Shown piece by piece: positions 34,830 to 36,227 of a stretch of DNA of 36,227 nt. Every line of letters starts with the position of its first letter. The stretch's first letter is position 1. The DNA lies in the IMG/VR virus record IMGVR_UViG_3300035562_000017, positions 1 through 36,227 of that record; one strand, 5' to 3'. Source of the DNA: a virus. Lineage: Duplodnaviria > Caudoviricetes. The notes under the pieces were generated by a model that was not told where the DNA came from, ran no database searches, and saw only the letters and a program-made list of their open reading frames with translations. The position numbers and the translations under genes are program-made.

Positions 34830-36227
34830 ATGACCGTATCAACTGAGATAAGCCGCGAGGAATCTACCGGCAACGGGGTGACGACAGACTTCGATTACCG
34901 ATTTCGTGTGTTTTCTGCGGATGAATTGGTTGTATCTGTCGCTGACACAACAGAAAACATCAGAGTTCTAACGCTCGACACCGACTACACGGTAACTGGG
35001 GCTGGCAGCCGGACCGGTGGCAAGGTGAAGCTAACCAACCCACTGGCTATCGATTGGCGCATCAGCATTGAGCGTGATCTTCCAGTTACCCAAGAAACTG
35101 ACGTTCGCAATCAGGGTAATTTCTTCCCTGAGGTGCACGAAGATGCCTGGGACAAGCTGACCATGCTGATCCAGCAGTCAATCGGAAATCTTGGTTTGGC
35201 TCTGCGTAAACCTAACTGGTTGGCGAAATATTACGACGCGAAGGGAAACAGGATCTCCAGTCTTAGCAACCCGAACGGGCCGCAAGATGCGGCAACGAAA
35301 AGTTATGTAGACAATGTTAGTGACGGTCTATTTAAAAAGACTTTACGTTTCCCTGAAAACGTAGAGCCAATGCCAGGCGTGTCGGTTCGTGGTCACTCTC
35401 TGCAGGGTTACACAGCACAGGGAAAGCCGGTTCCTATTTTCTCAATGACAGACACCGCAGATCTTGCACTGAAACTTGCAAGCGAAGCGGGGGCCTCACT
35501 TGTTGGAACGGCTGGCGGTGGCACTGTTCAGTCCTTTATTGACAACATGCCATTCGTTACGCCTGAAATGTTCGGCGCGGTGCACGACGGAGTGACTGAC
35601 GATCGTGGCGCTATTCAGGCCGCAATCGATAGTGGCCGTGATATTCAGTTTCTTCGTTCAGCGCAATACTTTGTCAGCGACACATTGATATTCCGTTATG
35701 ATAGCGGCCAGCAGATGCTTAATGGTAATGGGTGCGTAATTAAATGGACTCAAGACAAAAAGCAGATATTCGATCACTATGACGGGCTTGGTGGTTTACT
35801 TGGGTATGCAAACCGTAAGAGCTTCAGTGATTTTACATTTTCTGGACCAGCCACTGCTAAGCGTAAATATTCTGACGTAATGGGATGTTATGCTGTTTGC
35901 TTTGCTAACGGAACGGCAACTGATATTAATGCTTATGGTTTTACGAACGTCTTTCGTGTATTTGGTAATACAGATATCGATAGAGTTTTTGCTGACCAAA
36001 TAAGGAATACTGTGTGGTCAGAGCGTGGTGACAATAACCGCATATCAAATGTTAACTTTGGGTGGGTTGCTGGTGACGTTCTTGTTATATACAGCAAGCA
36101 TTTCACCGCACGTGGAATAAACGGCCAGTATGCAGGCTGCCTACCACCAGACACAGAGGAGAATCTAAGCTCTGTACCACCCCCACCTCGCGGCAGTCTT
36201 ATCAGTACAGGCCAGGATGGTAATGCA
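34830..36227 (+). CDS. Tailspike / tail fibre (partial, runs off window; not in ORF track)
   Basis: Open for 466 codons: T7 gp17-like anchor (TGNGVTTDFDYRFRVF, FFPEVHEDAWDKLTM), QDAATKSYVD, then FVTPEMFGA..DGVTDDRGAIQAAID beta-helix start. Confidence 0.92.
   Translation, partial: MTVSTEISREESTGNGVTTDFDYRFRVFSADELVVSVADTTENIRVLTLDTDYTVTGAGSRTGGKVKLTNPLAIDWRISIERDLPVTQETDVRNQGNFFPEVHEDAWDKLTMLIQQSIGNLGLALRKPNWLAKYYDAKGNRISSLSNPNGPQDAATKSYVDNVSDGLFKKTLRFPENVEPMPGVSVRGHSLQGYTAQGKPVPIFSMTDTADLALKLASEAGASLVGTAGGGTVQSFIDNMPFVTPEMFGAVHDGVTDDRGAIQAAIDSGRDIQFLRSAQYFVSDTLIFRYDSGQQMLNGNGCVIKWTQDKKQIFDHYDGLGGLLGYANRKSFSDFTFSGPATAKRKYSDVMGCYAVCFANGTATDINAYGFTNVFRVFGNTDIDRVFADQIRNTVWSERGDNNRISNVNFGWVAGDVLVIYSKHFTARGINGQYAGCLPPDTEENLSSVPPPPRGSLISTGQDGNA

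Larger units (their letters stand above)
1..36227. mobile_element. Epsilon15-like temperate podovirus (prophage), partial
   Basis: Complete synteny from integrase to tailspike; att sites and lysis genes lie outside the window. Confidence 0.92.

Noticed and set aside
34830-36227. Diversity-generating retroelement, given BPP-1-like head genes
   Set aside because: No reverse transcriptase or template/variable repeat pair seen in the window

Overview
The window is almost entirely one temperate podovirus genome of the epsilon15/phiV10/SPC32H type (probably a prophage of an Enterobacterales host). It starts at the 3' end of the integrase and runs off inside the tailspike gene. Gene order: int C-terminus; leftward early operon (RecE/RecT, AlpA-type excisionase, MT-A70 methyltransferase, small membrane proteins); immunity region (non-cleavable two-HTH repressor coupled to a DNA polymerase III theta/HolE homologue; Cro); replication initiator with iterons and a P-like helicase loader; RuvC-like, TraR-like and Ea/Ead-type accessory genes; a LexA-boxed two-gene operon; terminase; an opposite-strand cassette; portal, scaffold, capsid, decoration, tail tube and ejection proteins; antirepressor; tailspike. 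The most notable signals are regulatory. A TTACC-N5-GGTAA operator occurs 11 times (8 perfect) across the genome. A second 14-bp palindrome sits at three promoters. An operator-covered promoter drives a roughly 230-nt structured, terminator-bounded non-coding leader. A perfect SOS box precedes an uncharacterised operon whose RHH-like product has candidate GTGAC-N2-GTCAC sites next to the terminase promoter. A non-canonical SOS box precedes the antirepressor. Several small ORFs missed by the ORF track, a probable frameshift fusion and a premature amber codon were also found. Family calls come from motif recognition and synteny, not database searches.
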